A DNA stretch of 63,515 nt from Fonticula alba ATCC 38817 (GCA_000388065.2 KB932208.1); one strand, 5' to 3'; shown: positions 1-13,061, counted from the stretch's first letter. The notes: generated from the letters alone by a model not told the origin. Translations and numbers: made by a program.

Positions 1-860
1 GGCGGCCAGACTGGTGTCGGAACCGTCGGCCGCGTCCTTGTCCATCGGCTGGACACCCTCAACCGGCGAGAGAGCCTCATCATCGTGGTCATCGGCCGAT
101 GAGGCCGACTCGCTGGAGTGCAGCTCCTTCAGTTCGATTCCCGAGTGCATGGCATCCGGCAGCGAGTGCAATGAGGCGTCGCTCATGATGAAGGTGCCCT
201 GCCGGTCCCGGCGGTCCGGCGACATTTGCGCCTCGGCCATGCTGCTAAGGCGGCTGCATGCGTGCGCGCACGGCGCAGGGGAGGGACCAAAGGAAAGGAA
301 AGGGGGAGGGGGGGCACGGAAAAAGGGACATGGAGACGGAGCGGGTCAGATACACCGGGCGCCATAGCCGGCGAAGAGGGCGCAGGGGGGGNNNNNNNNN
401 NNNNNNNNNNNNNNNNNNNNNNNNNNGGGGGGGGGGGGCATGGGGAGGAGAGACGGCCATTCGACGAGGATGCCCCGTGGAGAGAGGCAGCACGCACCGG
501 TGCGTGCGCATCTCACGCGCATCACGGTCGGCCTTTGCGGCGATGCGCTCGAACTCGCGCTTGCTGTTGCGCTCCCGGCGTTTCCGGCGCTGAATACAGA
601 TGAATGCCACCAGCCCGGACACCAGGCCGAGGACCAGGACAGCCGACGCGGTGATCAGGAAGGCCAGCAGTAGGGTGGAGTGGAGTGCCGTTGCCGACAT
701 GGAGTGTGCCTCGATGCAGGGCCCGCCGGAAACAGGCAGCCCGGCCCCCGGGCCGGCGGCCGCCGGGACAAAGCCCTCGAGACATTGGAGGCAGAGGCCG
801 CCGGAGTCGCAGGTTTGACACCCGCGGCCACAGGCAAGCGACTTTCCGGCAGGGAGCATC
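1..860 (-). CDS. Single-pass membrane protein with short Cys-rich (furin-like CxxC..CxxC) ectodomain; 3' end runs off the window
   Basis: Exon 498-~860 encodes CQTCDSGGLCLQCLEGF, a hydrophobic TM (LLLAFLITASAVLVLGLVSGLVAFICI) and a basic stop-transfer (QRRKRRER). An in-phase GT-AG intron 254-497 joins it to an exon encoding RLSSMAEAQMSPD...DTSLAA. 5' exons uncertain. Confidence 0.7.
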
Positions 861-1845
861 GCGAGGGGCGGATGGAGTGAACAAGATCGGGGAAGAAGCA
901 ACCACCGGGGAGAGGGAGGGGAAGGGGGGAGGGGGGGGGGAGGGAAGGCAAGGATGCGCGGATCACGGGCGGCGCCGGGCGTCGGCAGGCCGGCCCGGAC
1001 GTTTGGCGATGGGGGGGGGGAGAGGAAGGATGGGCCGAAGGGGAGGCGAGGGGAGGAGCTGGCCCCACCTATCCTCCAAGCATCCGCAGGGGCCCCCCTG
1101 AACAGTTTCTCCTCGTTGCCCCCCCCCCCCCCCCCGGGGACGGGGCGGGATGCCGGCCAGAGCCGACTGGGCCTGAAGGACGGCCCGGCCGCAATCCCCC
1201 CGCCGCCCCGGCCCCTCGGCCCGGCCCCCACAACAACAGCGCGAATGCCCCCGCACGCGCGTGTACACACACACACACACACACACACTCACAAAGACCC
1301 AGAGACATACACACACAAACCGCCCAAGGTCCGGGAGCGCGCGCATGCGACATAAAAGAAGCCCACCCAAGATTGCAGGAACCCCCCCCCGCCGACCCAG
1401 CCAGACGACCGGCAGACCAACCGGGGGAAATGCGCGCGCTCGGCCGCCGCCTCCCCCCCCCCCACCGAATGATCGACTCGCTGTGGGACAATCACGTGGG
1501 GCGCAGACCTCGCGCCCGGAGCCGCCCACGGACTGCGGCCGCCCGGAGAACACCGGGCGGGGGCGGGGCGGGGGGGGGCGCCCGCAGATCGGCGTACACA
1601 CGGGCCGAGGGGCGCAGTTTCCATGGACGCACGCGTGCGGCTTAGGAGGGCGCGGTCCGTGGTGGTCGCGCCGGATGACCACACGCACATCTCCTCCCTC
1701 TCCCGCTCCCCCCGCCCTCCCCTCGCCCCCTGCTTTTCCCCTCCCCCGCCACCCGACTCCGAGCTCTCTGTCTCTGCTCCTCCCTCTTCCCCACCACCAC
1801 CCCCCCCCCTGTGCTCTACCTTTTCTCCCTCTCACAGCGGCAGTC

Positions 1846-3591
1846 ATGAAGCACGCGCAGCTTGTCATTGGCACGGCCGGCGCCGGGAAGGTATGTCACA
1901 CAGCGATGCGCCTCTCGGCGGATGACCGACTGACGCCCACCCTCTCCGGGGCCCTGTTGCCCCTCCCCTCTCCCGATCCAATCGGCGGCTGGGCTCCAAT
2001 CGCCCGGGTCACAGTCGACGTACTGCAGCACCATCATGCAGCATTGCGAGGCCAGCCGCCGGACAGTGCATGCCATGAACCTCGATCCGGCTGCGGAATA
2101 CCTTGCCTACACCCCGTCGATCGGTGCGTTCCAATGCCACCGGCGCCCGGCGACCCTGTGCCTGTCCTCCCTGCCCGTGTCTGACGCTCGTGGGCCGCTC
2201 GCGGCGTGCACATCCCCGGCCATGGGCCATCAGATATCCGCGACCTGATCACCCTCGAGGAGGTGATGGACGACCTGCGGTATGGCCCGAATGGTGGCCT
2301 GGTTTACTGTCTTGAGTGCGTGCCGCGCGTCGGGCCCCCCGCATCGGCCATGCCGCCTGCCAGAAGCCGGCCACCCATCTCACACATGACAATGCACACG
2401 CCAACAGGTACCTCCTGGACAATTTCGAGTGGATGGAGAACGAGCTGGACGATTACCAGGATGACTACCTGATCATTGACTGCCCCGGTACGTGCCGGTG
2501 CCCGGCCCTTCATGCCAGCCTGGCGCATGCTCTCGGCCCCTTTTGACACGTGTGTTCCCCCCTCCTTCCCTTTCCGCTGTTCACACACACACACACATGC
2601 ATGCATGCATGCATGCACATGTACATGTATGTGCGGGGCCTGGCGACCTGCAGGGCAAATTGAGCTGTACACCCACTTCCCGGTCATGAAGGATTTCGTC
2701 GGCCATCTGCAGCGCCTCGGTTACCAGGTTGTTGTGGTGTATCTGATGGATGCCCAATTCACGGATGATGCGGCCAAATTCATTTCCGGCTCGCTGGCCG
2801 CCCTGTCGGCGATGGTGCGACATTCACCTGGCCGCTGCCCTTTTTTTTTTCCCCCTCCCCCCGCCCCGGCCCTTCGTGCCCTTTGTGGCTGGCCACCCGA
2901 TGCAGCACGCTCACCGTGACATCCCACGGCCCTGTCTCCGTGGCCTTGGCGGCGGCCCTGCGGCCTGCCGAAACAGATCCAACTGGAGCTTCCCCACATC
3001 AACGTCCTGTCGAAGATCGACATCTACTTGCAGCGCCACACGACGCCGGACGGGACGCAGCCCCGGCGCCTGGGCCGGCGCTTGGACCGATTCCTCAACT
3101 TCGACATCAATCGCCTGCTGACCGACAAGAACCGTCGTGGGGACATGGACCGTCCGATTGCTCGGAGCAATGTCCAGCAGGGGAATTTCGCGTCGCTCAA
3201 CTCGGCTGTCGCTCGCCTGGTGCGTGTCCGCCCCACCTTGGCCCCCCTCTCGCCGGCTGTGTCACGCCCCCTTCTTCTTCTTTTTTTTTGCCGCCCCTCC
3301 TCGCTCCCCTCACCCCCGAGCCTTGACCGCCCCATGCCCCGCGCAGCTGGAGGAGTACAACATGGTCAGCTTCCTGCCGCTGGACATCACCGACGAGGAC
3401 TCCATTGAGCTGGTTCTCTCGCACGCGGACCACGCCATCCAGTATGGCGAGGATTTGGAGCCGCGTGAGCCGAAGGTGCGTCTCTGTCCAGCCCCGAGAC
3501 CGCGGGGGCAAGTGAGCTCGAGGATCGGGCCCCCCTCCCGACGACCGCGGCCGAGTCTAACCCTTCCCTCTGGCAGGCCGACGAGGAGTGA
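1846..3591 (+). CDS. GPN3: GPN-loop GTPase 3, about 8 exons
   Basis: P-loop GTAGAGK|[28 protein letters not shown]|[31 protein letters not shown] and IQYGED, assembled across GT-AG introns; ends ADEE-TGA at 3591. Confidence 0.93.
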
Positions 3592-3902
3592 CCGTCCTTC
3601 ACCCGCGCCAACTGACCCAGGCACGCGCCGCCGGCGCCTAGAATGTGCCAACCTTGCTGTGGGGACACCTCAATACAAAAGAAAACCAACCACCGATCCT
3701 GAGCCACGCATGCGGCGCGCACATATGTTTGCTTGTTTGCTTGCTCTCCTTTTTTTTTTCTTGCATGCGCTAATTCCACTGCTCGGAGCCGGGCCGGGGC
3801 CTGGAAAAGGCCCTGCCCCGGGGCACTGCGGTGTGTTGCGCGGCAAGAAAAGACCAGACACTTGACGACTTGAGCGAAGGAGGGAGACCACCCCGAGGGG
3901 AA

Positions 3903-3903
<1 letters not shown>

Positions 3904-3965
<62 letters not shown>
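3904..3965. repeat. 62-nt poly-G homopolymer between the convergent GPN3 and HDAC 3' ends
   Basis: Uninterrupted G run read directly from the sequence. Confidence 0.9.
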
Positions 3966-3966
<1 letters not shown>

Positions 3967-3981
3967 GCAGGACGCTGGCCT

Positions 3982-6654
3982 TCAGTCGGGACCAGGTCGG
4001 GGCCGATTGCTGGCTCCGAGGCCAACGCCGCGCCCCGTACCGACGATATCCAGATCATCGTCGGGGCGCGCGCGCGTCGGGCGCGAGTCCGCCGAGGCGC
4101 CAGCGCGGCGCTTGGCCGGAGCACCGACCAGCAACGCCCCGCACCCGACGTCATCCGGTACGCTGGAAACGTGGGGGAGGCGGTCGGATCGTGTGCGGCC
4201 GATGAAGCGCCCATCACGCCGGGAGGACAGCGCCCCGGCCGGCCGGCTTGACCCCCGGCCCCCGGGGGACTGGCGTGCCGGGTCGTCAATGATCAAATCC
4301 CCCGCCCGACCCGCCGAACGGAAGGGATCCCCGACATCCAGGCCGCCAGATCCATCGGACCCCGGGTGATCCTCGTCGCCGGAGTCCGAGGAGGAGCCAT
4401 CGGCATCATCGCCGAAGCGTGTCAGGGGCGGCGGGAGCTCCTGCATCTGGACACTCGGGGCATGAGTAATCCGCCGGAAGATCTCCGCCACCTTGGCCTC
4501 CAGGCCCTTGAGGTAGGCCCGGTCCTCTTTGAGAGCAGCGCGCGCGGCGCTCGACGACATTCCCGACCCGACGGCCGCATGCGACGAGGAAGTCGTTATC
4601 CCCGGGTCGTGCAGAAGGAAGGAAGGGGCAAAGTAATCGATGTATGGATTGCTGGGGATCTACATGGCGCGGAGAGGCGGAGGGGGGCGGAGGGGGGGGA
4701 AGGGGGGGGGGGGCAGGGCGAAGGAGGCGGGGGAGCGTTATGAGCACATGTACAGACCCACCCGCGTGCATGGTGCATACACAAACACATGGGCACACAA
4801 AGAGCACACATGCATGCGCGACGGGCCGGGCACATGCGGGCCAGGCACATGCGCCAAAGGGCGAAATGACGGACGGGGGGGAATTCCGGACACGCACCTC
4901 ATCCGGGATGTCCTGCCCGCAGACGACAGCAGTCTCCCAGGTCCAGCACCGAGCCACATTGCGCACAGTGTACCCGCCTCCGCCGAGGACCAGAGTTGGC
5001 CGATTGAAAGACCGGACAAAGCGCACACATTCCCCATGGCCGCGGACACTGAGATTGAAGCGCCCGAGGCGGTCGCAGCCCAGCGAGTCGGCCCCGCATT
5101 GGAGGACAATGGCCCCGGGATTGAAATGCTCAATGGCCCGGCGAACCACCGGCTGGAAGATGGACTGGTACGATTCGTCGTCAATCCCGTCCTTCAGGGG
5201 AACATTGATGGAGAAGTTCTGCCGAAGGCAGTCGAACCGGCGGCAGGAGGACAAGGGCCGTGGCAGGAGGCGGAGGGAGGGAGGCGGAGGGGCGGAGAGC
5301 GGGTCAGAATCGCGGCCAGTGTGGTAGCAACCGGGCAGCCGCCGAACGCGCGGCCGCCGGAGTAGCAGAAGGACCCGGAGGGTACGCACCGTGCCGGCAC
5401 CGACACCAACCTCGGTGATGTCTCCAGTGCGGGGGAAGAAGTGGCCGTCATACTTGTGGAAGGAAAGGGTCATCACGCGATCAGTGACGTAGAAGGCCTC
5501 TTGCACCCCATCGCCATGGTGCACATCGATGTCAATGTACATGACTCGCGCATGGACGCTGCGCACGAAACCAGCGGCCACGAGGGGGAGAAGGGAGAAG
5601 AGGCGGGGGCGAGCGGGGGAGCGGTGAGCATGCTATTGTGGTGATGGCAGTGGATGTGAAAGAGAGAGAGGCAGAGAGGCAGAGAGGCAGAGAGAGGCAG
5701 AGAGAGGCAGAGAGAGAGAGAGAGAGGCAGAGAGAGAGGCAGAGAGAGAGGCAGAGAGAGAGGCAGAGGCAGAGAGGCAGAGAGGCAGAGAGAGGCAGAG
5801 AGAGAGGCAGAGGCAGAGAGAGAGGCAGAGGCAGAGAGAGAGAGGCAGAGAGAGAGGCAGAGAGAGAGGCAGAGAGAGGCATGGGGGCGCACCGAAGCAG
5901 CTCCAGGATGGCCAACACAATGTCATTGACATAGCAGAAGCCACTGGCTTCGAACTTCTTGGCGTGGTGCAGCCCGCCAGACCAGTTGATGGCCACATCG
6001 CTGGAGCCGTCATTCAATTTGTAGGCGCCATCCAGCGAGCCACCGGCGTAGCGCTGGCAGAAGTCGAACATCCCCGGGAAGACGGGGCAATCGTCGCCGA
6101 AGTTGAAGCGCGTCAGGGTGTCCAACGTGAAGGAGTGGATGTTGCTCGGGGTCACCCTGCTCGGTTCGCACAATGTCAGGAGGAGAGGGATGGCAAAGGA
6201 GAAGGCAGGAAGCGGCGCGCGGGCCATCTGGCGAGGGGGGGGGGGGTGTCTGCATGAGAGCGAGAGAGGGGGGGGGACGAACCGCTTGAGGAAGTCGATA
6301 TAATCGGCCGAGTGGAACTGCCGCATTTCGTGCTCCGTGGCCCGCCGGGGACGAAAGATGGACATCTGCCGGTGTTGAGAGGGACAAATAGGTATGCAAG
6401 TGGAGGGGAAGGGGGACAAGAAGGCATGGCCGGTGAGTTGCCCGGGAAATGACCGACAACCGGGGCCACGCGCTTGAGGGACGCACACTGTTGTGCAGGC
6501 CATAAGAGGACACCAGGTGATGTGTCAGGACAATCCGGTGCGGCTTCATCGGGTGAAAGGCCCCGAAGTGGAAGTTCCCGATCGACGGGTCGGAGAAGTA
6601 GGAGATGCGGTCATTGTAGTGCCTCTGAGACTGGAAGGCTGGTCGGTGAGACAT
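3982..6654 (-). CDS. HDAC3: Class I histone deacetylase, HDAC3/Hos2-like, multi-exon, with long disordered C-tail
   Basis: [21 protein letters not shown] (Hos2-like), [84 protein letters not shown] at 6654. The HDAC3/Hos2 subfamily assignment is less certain than class I. Confidence 0.88.
5661..5880. repeat. Intronic GAGAGGCA/(GA)n compound simple repeat in the HDAC gene
   Basis: Direct reading; lies between the LLR| and |[10 protein letters not shown] exons. Confidence 0.85.
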
Positions 6655-7137
6655 CGGCTTGACATGGGGGGGTGGAGCACGCGCGTGCGCCAGGTGGGGG
6701 GGGGGAACGGAGAGGCACGCGAGAGGGGAGGGCGAGCGACGAGAGGCCGGCGCGCGGCAGGGGCAGGGGGGAGGGGGGGAGGCAGGGAGGGGAGGGGAGA
6801 ATGCCGCGGGTACTATGCCAGCCCGATCGCCCCCATGGGTTGCGGTTATATGTGGAGGGGTGGCGGGGACTCGCACGGGCTGCCAACGCTCGCGGCCACG
6901 CCGCTCGGCTCTTGGCACTGGCGCGCAACACGCATGGGAAGACACAATAGAGTGCTTTTTTATTTGCGCCGGATGATGCTGCCACCTTGCCCGGTGTATG
7001 CACCCACCCACCGGGCCTGTTGGGGGCTGGGCTTCATTTTATCTGGCCCCCCCGCTGCCCCCTGTCGCAGGGTCTCGGGCAGAAGAACCAAACCACCGGC
7101 TGCCTGGGCGACTCGCCGCGCCGGACATGCGGCTGAG

Positions 7138-7138
<1 letters not shown>

Positions 7139-7180
<42 letters not shown>
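7139..7180. repeat. (CA)n microsatellite
   Basis: About 20 perfect CA units. Confidence 0.85.
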
Positions 7181-7184
<4 letters not shown>

Positions 7185-8247
7185 CACTGGGGTGTGTACG
7201 TGCTGTGCCGGCGACACGCGGATACCCCGCACGGCCATGCCTGTGGAAGAGGAAAGGACAAAGTACGCGGCCATTCATACAGCGCGTGGACGCATTACGG
7301 GGACCGATGGCCGGTCGAAGGCCGGGGCACTCATGGCCAACCTCTCTCCCGGGGACCCGCGGAGGGATGAGGCGCTCGGGACAAACACCCACACATACAC
7401 ACGCACACACACCCACACACACACGGATACACACGGATACACACGGCTACACAGACGCGCGGATGCACAGACAACAAGATGCGACGTGCTCCTCTCTGGC
7501 CCCCCTCCCGACACCCAAGCGCCTTGCTCGGCGTGGTCGCCGTGGGAAAGGACAGCATGACAGAAAAAAAGACACCACACGGAAAGAAGGCACACACGAG
7601 GGGAGAGGCAACAAGCAGGGGGGGAGGGATGGCAAATTTTGAATGTGTGTCCATTGGCTGGGTGTGTGATGAACGATGCTGCCTCTACGCTGCTGTTGCT
7701 GCGGGAGAGAGAGCGCGCGCGCACGCGCGTGTGTGTGTGTATGTGACGCCGCACATGGCGGAGGAGAATATGGGCGCCCTCGCCTCGACCCCTCCCCCCT
7801 GGCGGGCCTTTGTGGGGGCGAAAAAAGCAAGTCACCCACATCGGGATCAGGAGAGGAGGAGAAGAAGAAGGAGGACGCATATATAGGAGAGGAGGAGCGA
7901 GGGAGCGCAGGGAGGGAGGGACGCATGAGGGTGCTCCGCGTGTGGCAGGTGGTACACATGCATGTGTGGGAAGGCCCCGGCTATCCGGGCACACACACAC
8001 AGAGAGAGAGAGAGCGAGAGGGAGACGGTCATGCCCGCGGGATGATGACAAAAGCAGCAGCAGGAAAGGCGGCCACCGCCGGAGGGTGACAGTGTGCGCC
8101 TGGCCGCCTGCCATATGCATTACCGCCCGCGGCTGGAGAGAGGTGGGCCCATGCCCGGGTCGTCCGCGCGGCTCCCCCCTCCTCCGCCCGGCGTGCGCGC
8201 GCGCGATGCAGAACGCATGCGCCGGCGGGCTGTCGGGCGTTCACACT

Positions 8248-9765
8248 CTACTTGGAGGAGCGGTAGACACCGACAACGACGGCGTGATCACGCTCATAGG
8301 GCTCGAGGGTGACCTGCTCGCGGGGGCGGAGCTTCTCGGCCTTGAGGCGCTGGACCTCGGCAGCGAAGACAGCCGGAGCGGGGACGGTGGAGTCGATGCA
8401 GTTGGCCTTGATGGAGATCATGAAGTGACCGCCGACCTTGAGGAAAGCGTGGGCGTTGATGGCCACAATACGGGCCTGGTCGGGCTGGGCAACATCAGCG
8501 AAGATGACGTCAACCATGGGGACGAGCATGCGGTACTTCTCCGGGCGGCGAGCATCCTCGATAATCGGGATGACATTGGTGCGCTTCTTGGCGACGTTGA
8601 TCAGGTCGCGGCCCATGCGGTGGGAGAACTCCACAGCGTAGACGGCGCCCTCCTGTGGGGGGCATATGCAGGAAAGCACACACACACACACACACACACA
8701 AGGGAGGGGGGGACAGATCAGGACGAAGACCAGGAATGTTGAGTACGCCACCGTTCCATCACAGAAGTAGGCAATCCGCAAGTGCAAGTGTCCGGGTTCA
8801 GGGAAGGACGCCATCGACGCGAGATGGATGGCAGCAGGGACCCCACAACAGCGCGCCGAGGACACAGACACAAGAAGGCAGGGCAAGAGGAAGGGGAAGG
8901 AGACACAGGCGCGCGCGCACACACACACACACACACAAAAGCAACTGGGTCAGGGAGGGGGCCGGAAAGTGTGCGCGCGTGCGTATGTACGCGTGATGGG
9001 GGGGAGAGAGAGAGAGAGAGGGACGGGCGGGGCAAGGATGCAAGGCAAATGCACGCACCGGGCCGACAATATCGGAGACGTGAGAAACAGTGGTACCGGC
9101 AGAGGCACCGAGGTAGAGGACCTTGGAGCCGGGGGCGATGTGGATGTCAGCCAGACCGGCCAGAATGGCCGAGGCAATCTTGGAACGGAAGGGGTTCCAG
9201 ACGCGGTACTTGACCTTGCTGTCGCCCTCCTCGACGGAGATGCGCTTCTCGCCGTAGGTGGACTCGCCGACAACCATGTTCCGGGTCAGCAGGGCGTCCT
9301 CCTTACCACGGGAGATGAAGACACCAGCATGGCGATGGGGCTCGACGATGGTCTTCATGCCACCGCGCATGCCACCGCGGGCGCCACCACGGCCACCGCC
9401 ACGGGCACCGCCGCGACCGCCGCCGCGACCGCCACCGGGACCACCGAAGCCGCCACGGCCACCGCCGCGACCGCCACCGGGACCACCGAAGCCGCCACGG
9501 CCACCGCCACGACCGCCACCGGGACCGCCGAAGCCGCCACCGCGACCACCGCCGAAGCCACCACGGGAGACTGTGCGCACGCGCGCGTGCACGTCCGTCG
9601 CATTGGAGAAGGGGGGAGAAGAGGACAATCACGGGGCGAGGGGAGGGGGGGGGGGAGCGAGGAATTAGTTTGCTGGTGGGCTTCCACAGCAATGGGGGGC
9701 AGGCTGGGAGGCCGGAGAGACGCACCACCACCGCGGGGGGGACCACCACGACCACGACCGGACAT
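8248..9765 (-). CDS. FBL: Fibrillarin, rRNA 2'-O-methyltransferase, 3 coding exons
   Basis: MSGRGRGG start at 9765; in-phase introns 9571-9724 and 8653-9058; RGG/GAR repeat, [42 protein letters not shown]|[30 protein letters not shown]. Confidence 0.96.
8715..8825 (-). ncRNA. Possible intronic snoRNA in fibrillarin intron 2 (tentative)
   Basis: Non-repetitive ~110-nt block inside a 406-nt intron. CTGA at 8801-8798, GTGATGG at 8762-8756 and CTGA at 8721-8718 give a D'/C'/D-like order. No canonical box C and no verified rRNA target. Confidence 0.22.
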
Positions 9766-10781
9766 TGTTGAAGGGGGGGGAGTTACTCTGTCACAGAGGA
9801 AAACAGCAACGGGAGCTGCTGGTTGGGGGGGGAGGGGATTAGTAGAACAGTGCCGGGAAGAAGGAGCACTGAATCTGGAGGTAGCTACACAGGAACCACC
9901 GAGCACACTGCAGAAAGGCAGGAGAAAGGGGGAAGGAGGCAGCAGGAGAGGCCGAACTTCCGGCGGGGAAGGGCTCTCGGAGAGGTGGCTCTTCACAGAG
10001 AGGGGGCTGCTGAGGGGGCGGGGCGCGCCCGGGGCAGGACACACGAGGCCAGACAGGAGAGGCAGGGCGCGCCCGCACCAGCCCCGGACCCCGCCACGAG
10101 GGACCGGGCGCACTCACACGGTTGCCCCCCACCCCCCCGCCCCCCCGGGCCCCGCCCACTTGCCGACAAGGCCACACACACACACACACACACAGGGACC
10201 TCTGCGGCCAGGGGAGCGTGTGCCACCAGGTCCCAGCCCCCCCCCCCCCCCCTCCGTGCGCCCCGGCCGAGGGAGCAAGACGCATGGGCAGTTGGCCCCG
10301 GCGCGGGCAGGGCTCCCGGGGGCGGGCGGGGGCTCATGGGGAATGCCCGCCCGTGCCTGCCGCCCGCGGCCGAGCCGCCGCCGGGCTCAGAGCACACGAG
10401 CCGGATTCGCAGGACCAACCCGCCCCGCACGGACCGCCTTCGCGCCAAAAAAAAAAAAAAGAACGTACGCCACCAGGGAGCCGCCTGCCCCCGCCCCCGG
10501 CAGGCCCATGCACACGCGCGGACAAGCCGGCCGGCGCGCAGCCCGGCGCCCGACGGCAGGGCACATGCAAGGAACCCCTGGCCGCTCGCCGCCACCGACG
10601 CGGGGGGGCAGTGGTCCCGAACGAGCATCACAGCCGCTCGTCGCGGGGCGCCGAGTCGCGACCCCCCTCCCCCCGCCTACTTTGCCGGGTGAGCCACATG
10701 GTGGGGCCAGCACAAGGCACCCAGGGGGACAACGAGGCCGGCTGGCCTCGTGGCTTGGCCGGGCCTGGCCCGAGGCCCCCG

Positions 10782-10814
<33 letters not shown>

Positions 10815-11872
10815 TTTTTCTCTCTTCACATCTCAGCAGGTCTCCGTGTGCGCGCACCTCTGGGCCCCACGCTATGTCCTCCGTGTGCAAGCGCGCGGTG
10901 GCGGCGCGTCTCTCCGGGCCGGCTTCTGGGCGGCTACCTGTAGCTTGGCGCACGGGAGCTCGCTTCACGAGGCCCTTCCGCCGGGCCGGAACCCCGACAG
11001 ACACAGTGCCGCCAGTGGCTGGCCAACCGGCGGCCAGCCCTGCTCCTGGGATGCTGTGGCCACGCCGCCGCCCCCCCCCCCCCCCCCCCCCCCCCCGCCC
11101 TCGTGCGCCTCGCTCCAACTGGGGTGAAGAAAGAAAAGAACACCCGAGAGAACCAACCGCAGGGCGAGGCCCGCCTAGGCCGGTCCAAGAAAATCCAGCG
11201 ATCGCGCAGAGAGATACACACCCACGCGCACTTGCAGGGCCGCGCCCACACGCGCGGCGCCTAACAGGCAGACGGCCAGGCGGGCAAGCGAGCGCCGCAC
11301 GCGGGGACGGCCGCGGCGATCCCCCAGCCGCCACGGGGAGCCACAAGGGGCGCCCTCTATCAGGGTTGGAATGGTATTCTTCTCAGACAATGCGGCATTC
11401 TGAGATGTTCTATTGTTTGTTTCTATCTCCTAGTCCAGCACCGAGTGGCTGCGATCTTTGCATGTGCGGCAGATTCGCCTGGGTCTCCCGCCCCCGCGCT
11501 GGCGGGCAATTGGGCGGACACACGGGCGGGGCGGAGAGACGGCAGGGCATGCCCTCCAAATGCAAGTGTGGTTTTATTCTTCCTCTGGCAGGGAAGAGGG
11601 TGTACTCGGCCTCGCCGGGGGAGGAGATGCTCCATCCTCCCCCTGCCTGGCCTGGCCTGTGAGAAGGCCGATATCTCATGCATACACGGCCCCCCCCCCC
11701 CCTGCCGTGCGCGCATGCCCTCGACCGCTCGGGTCCATGCTTGCGGCGATGGTGATCGGTCACTCTGCCTCTTCTGAGTATTTGTGTATTTGAAAAAAAG
11801 GGGGGACATGTGCCGCATGACGCATGGAAAGCACCTCGGCACTCTATGCGGGGAAAGAGGGGGGGAGAGAAA

Positions 11873-11906
<34 letters not shown>

Positions 11907-12301
11907 ATACATCGATCTGAAGGGGGAGAGAGGGGAGAGGGGGCGGCGTGCACGACGAAACCGCGGCCACGGCACAAAAGAGAGGCCATACACAGCCGGG
12001 CGCGCGTGTGCCGGGATTATGAAGAGAGAAAGGGGGTGGGGGGACGCGACAAGGCAGTACGCGTGCCCTCAAAGTGTGTGCATGTGCGCGCGCGAGCGCG
12101 TGCCTACGTGATGTGTGTGTGTGTGTGGTGGGGGAGGGGGGGTGCGTGGATGTCCCCTGGGAGGCGATGCGTGAAAGGGGGAGAGGCGCCCCCCTGAGCT
12201 GCTCTGCCCCCGCGGGGAGGGAGTCGAAGGGCCGGGGAGATCGAGGGCACTGAACAGGCCCACGGGAGGGAGCTGCCTTGCATGGTGGGGGGGGGGGGGG
12301 G

Positions 12302-13061
12302 NNNNNNNNNNNNNNNNNNNNNNNNNNNNNNNNNNNNNNNNNNNNNNNNNNNNNNNNNNNNNNNNNNNNNNNNNNNNNNNNNNNNNNNNNNNNNNNNNNN
12401 NNNNNNNNNNNNNNNNNNNNNNNNNNNNNNNNNNNNNNNNNNNNNNNNNNNNNNNNNNNNNNNNNNNNNNNNNNNNNNNNNNNNNNNNNNNNNNNNNNNN
12501 NNNNNNNNNNNNNNNNNNNNNNNNNNNNNNNNNNNNNNNNNNNNNNNNNNNNNNNNNNNNNNNNNNNNNNNNNNNNNNNNNNNNNNNNNNNNNNNNNNNN
12601 NNNNNNNNNNNNNNNNNNNNNNNNNNNNNNNNNNNNNNNNNNNNNNNNNNNNNNNNNNNNNNNNNNNNNNNNNNNNNNNNNNNNNNNNNNNNNNNNNNNN
12701 NNNNNNNNNNNNNNNNNNNNNNNNNNNNNNNNNNNNNNNNNNNNNNNNNNNNNNNNNNNNNNNNNNNNNNNNNNNNNNNNNNNNNNNNNNNNNNNNNNNN
12801 NNNNNNNNNNNNNNNNNNNNNNNNNNNNNNNNNNNNNNNNNNNNNNNNNNNNNNNNNNNNNNNNNNNNNNNNNNNNNNNNNNNNNNNNNNNNNNNNNNNN
12901 NNNNNNNNNNNNNNNNNNNNNNNNNNNNNNNNNNNNNNNNNNNNNNNNNNNNNNNNNNNNNNNNNNNNNNNNNNNNNNNNNNNNNNNNNNNNNNNNNNNN
13001 NNNNNNNNNNNNNNNNNNNNNNNNNNNNNNNNNNNNNNNNNNNNNNNNNNNNNNNNNNNNN
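12302..13061. other. Assembly gap (N)
   Basis: Run of N; probably hides 3' exons of the Cho2-like gene. Confidence 0.95.

Noticed and set aside
7280-8120. Possible small minus-strand gene between fibrillarin and HDAC
   Set aside because: Splice-like signals exist, but no consistent open frame or recognisable product could be assembled.
8828-11662. 944-aa plus-strand ORF and many other long GC-rich ORFs
   Set aside because: Antisense shadow of fibrillarin plus low-complexity Pro/Arg/Gly sequence; stop codons are rare at this GC content and no domain is recognisable.
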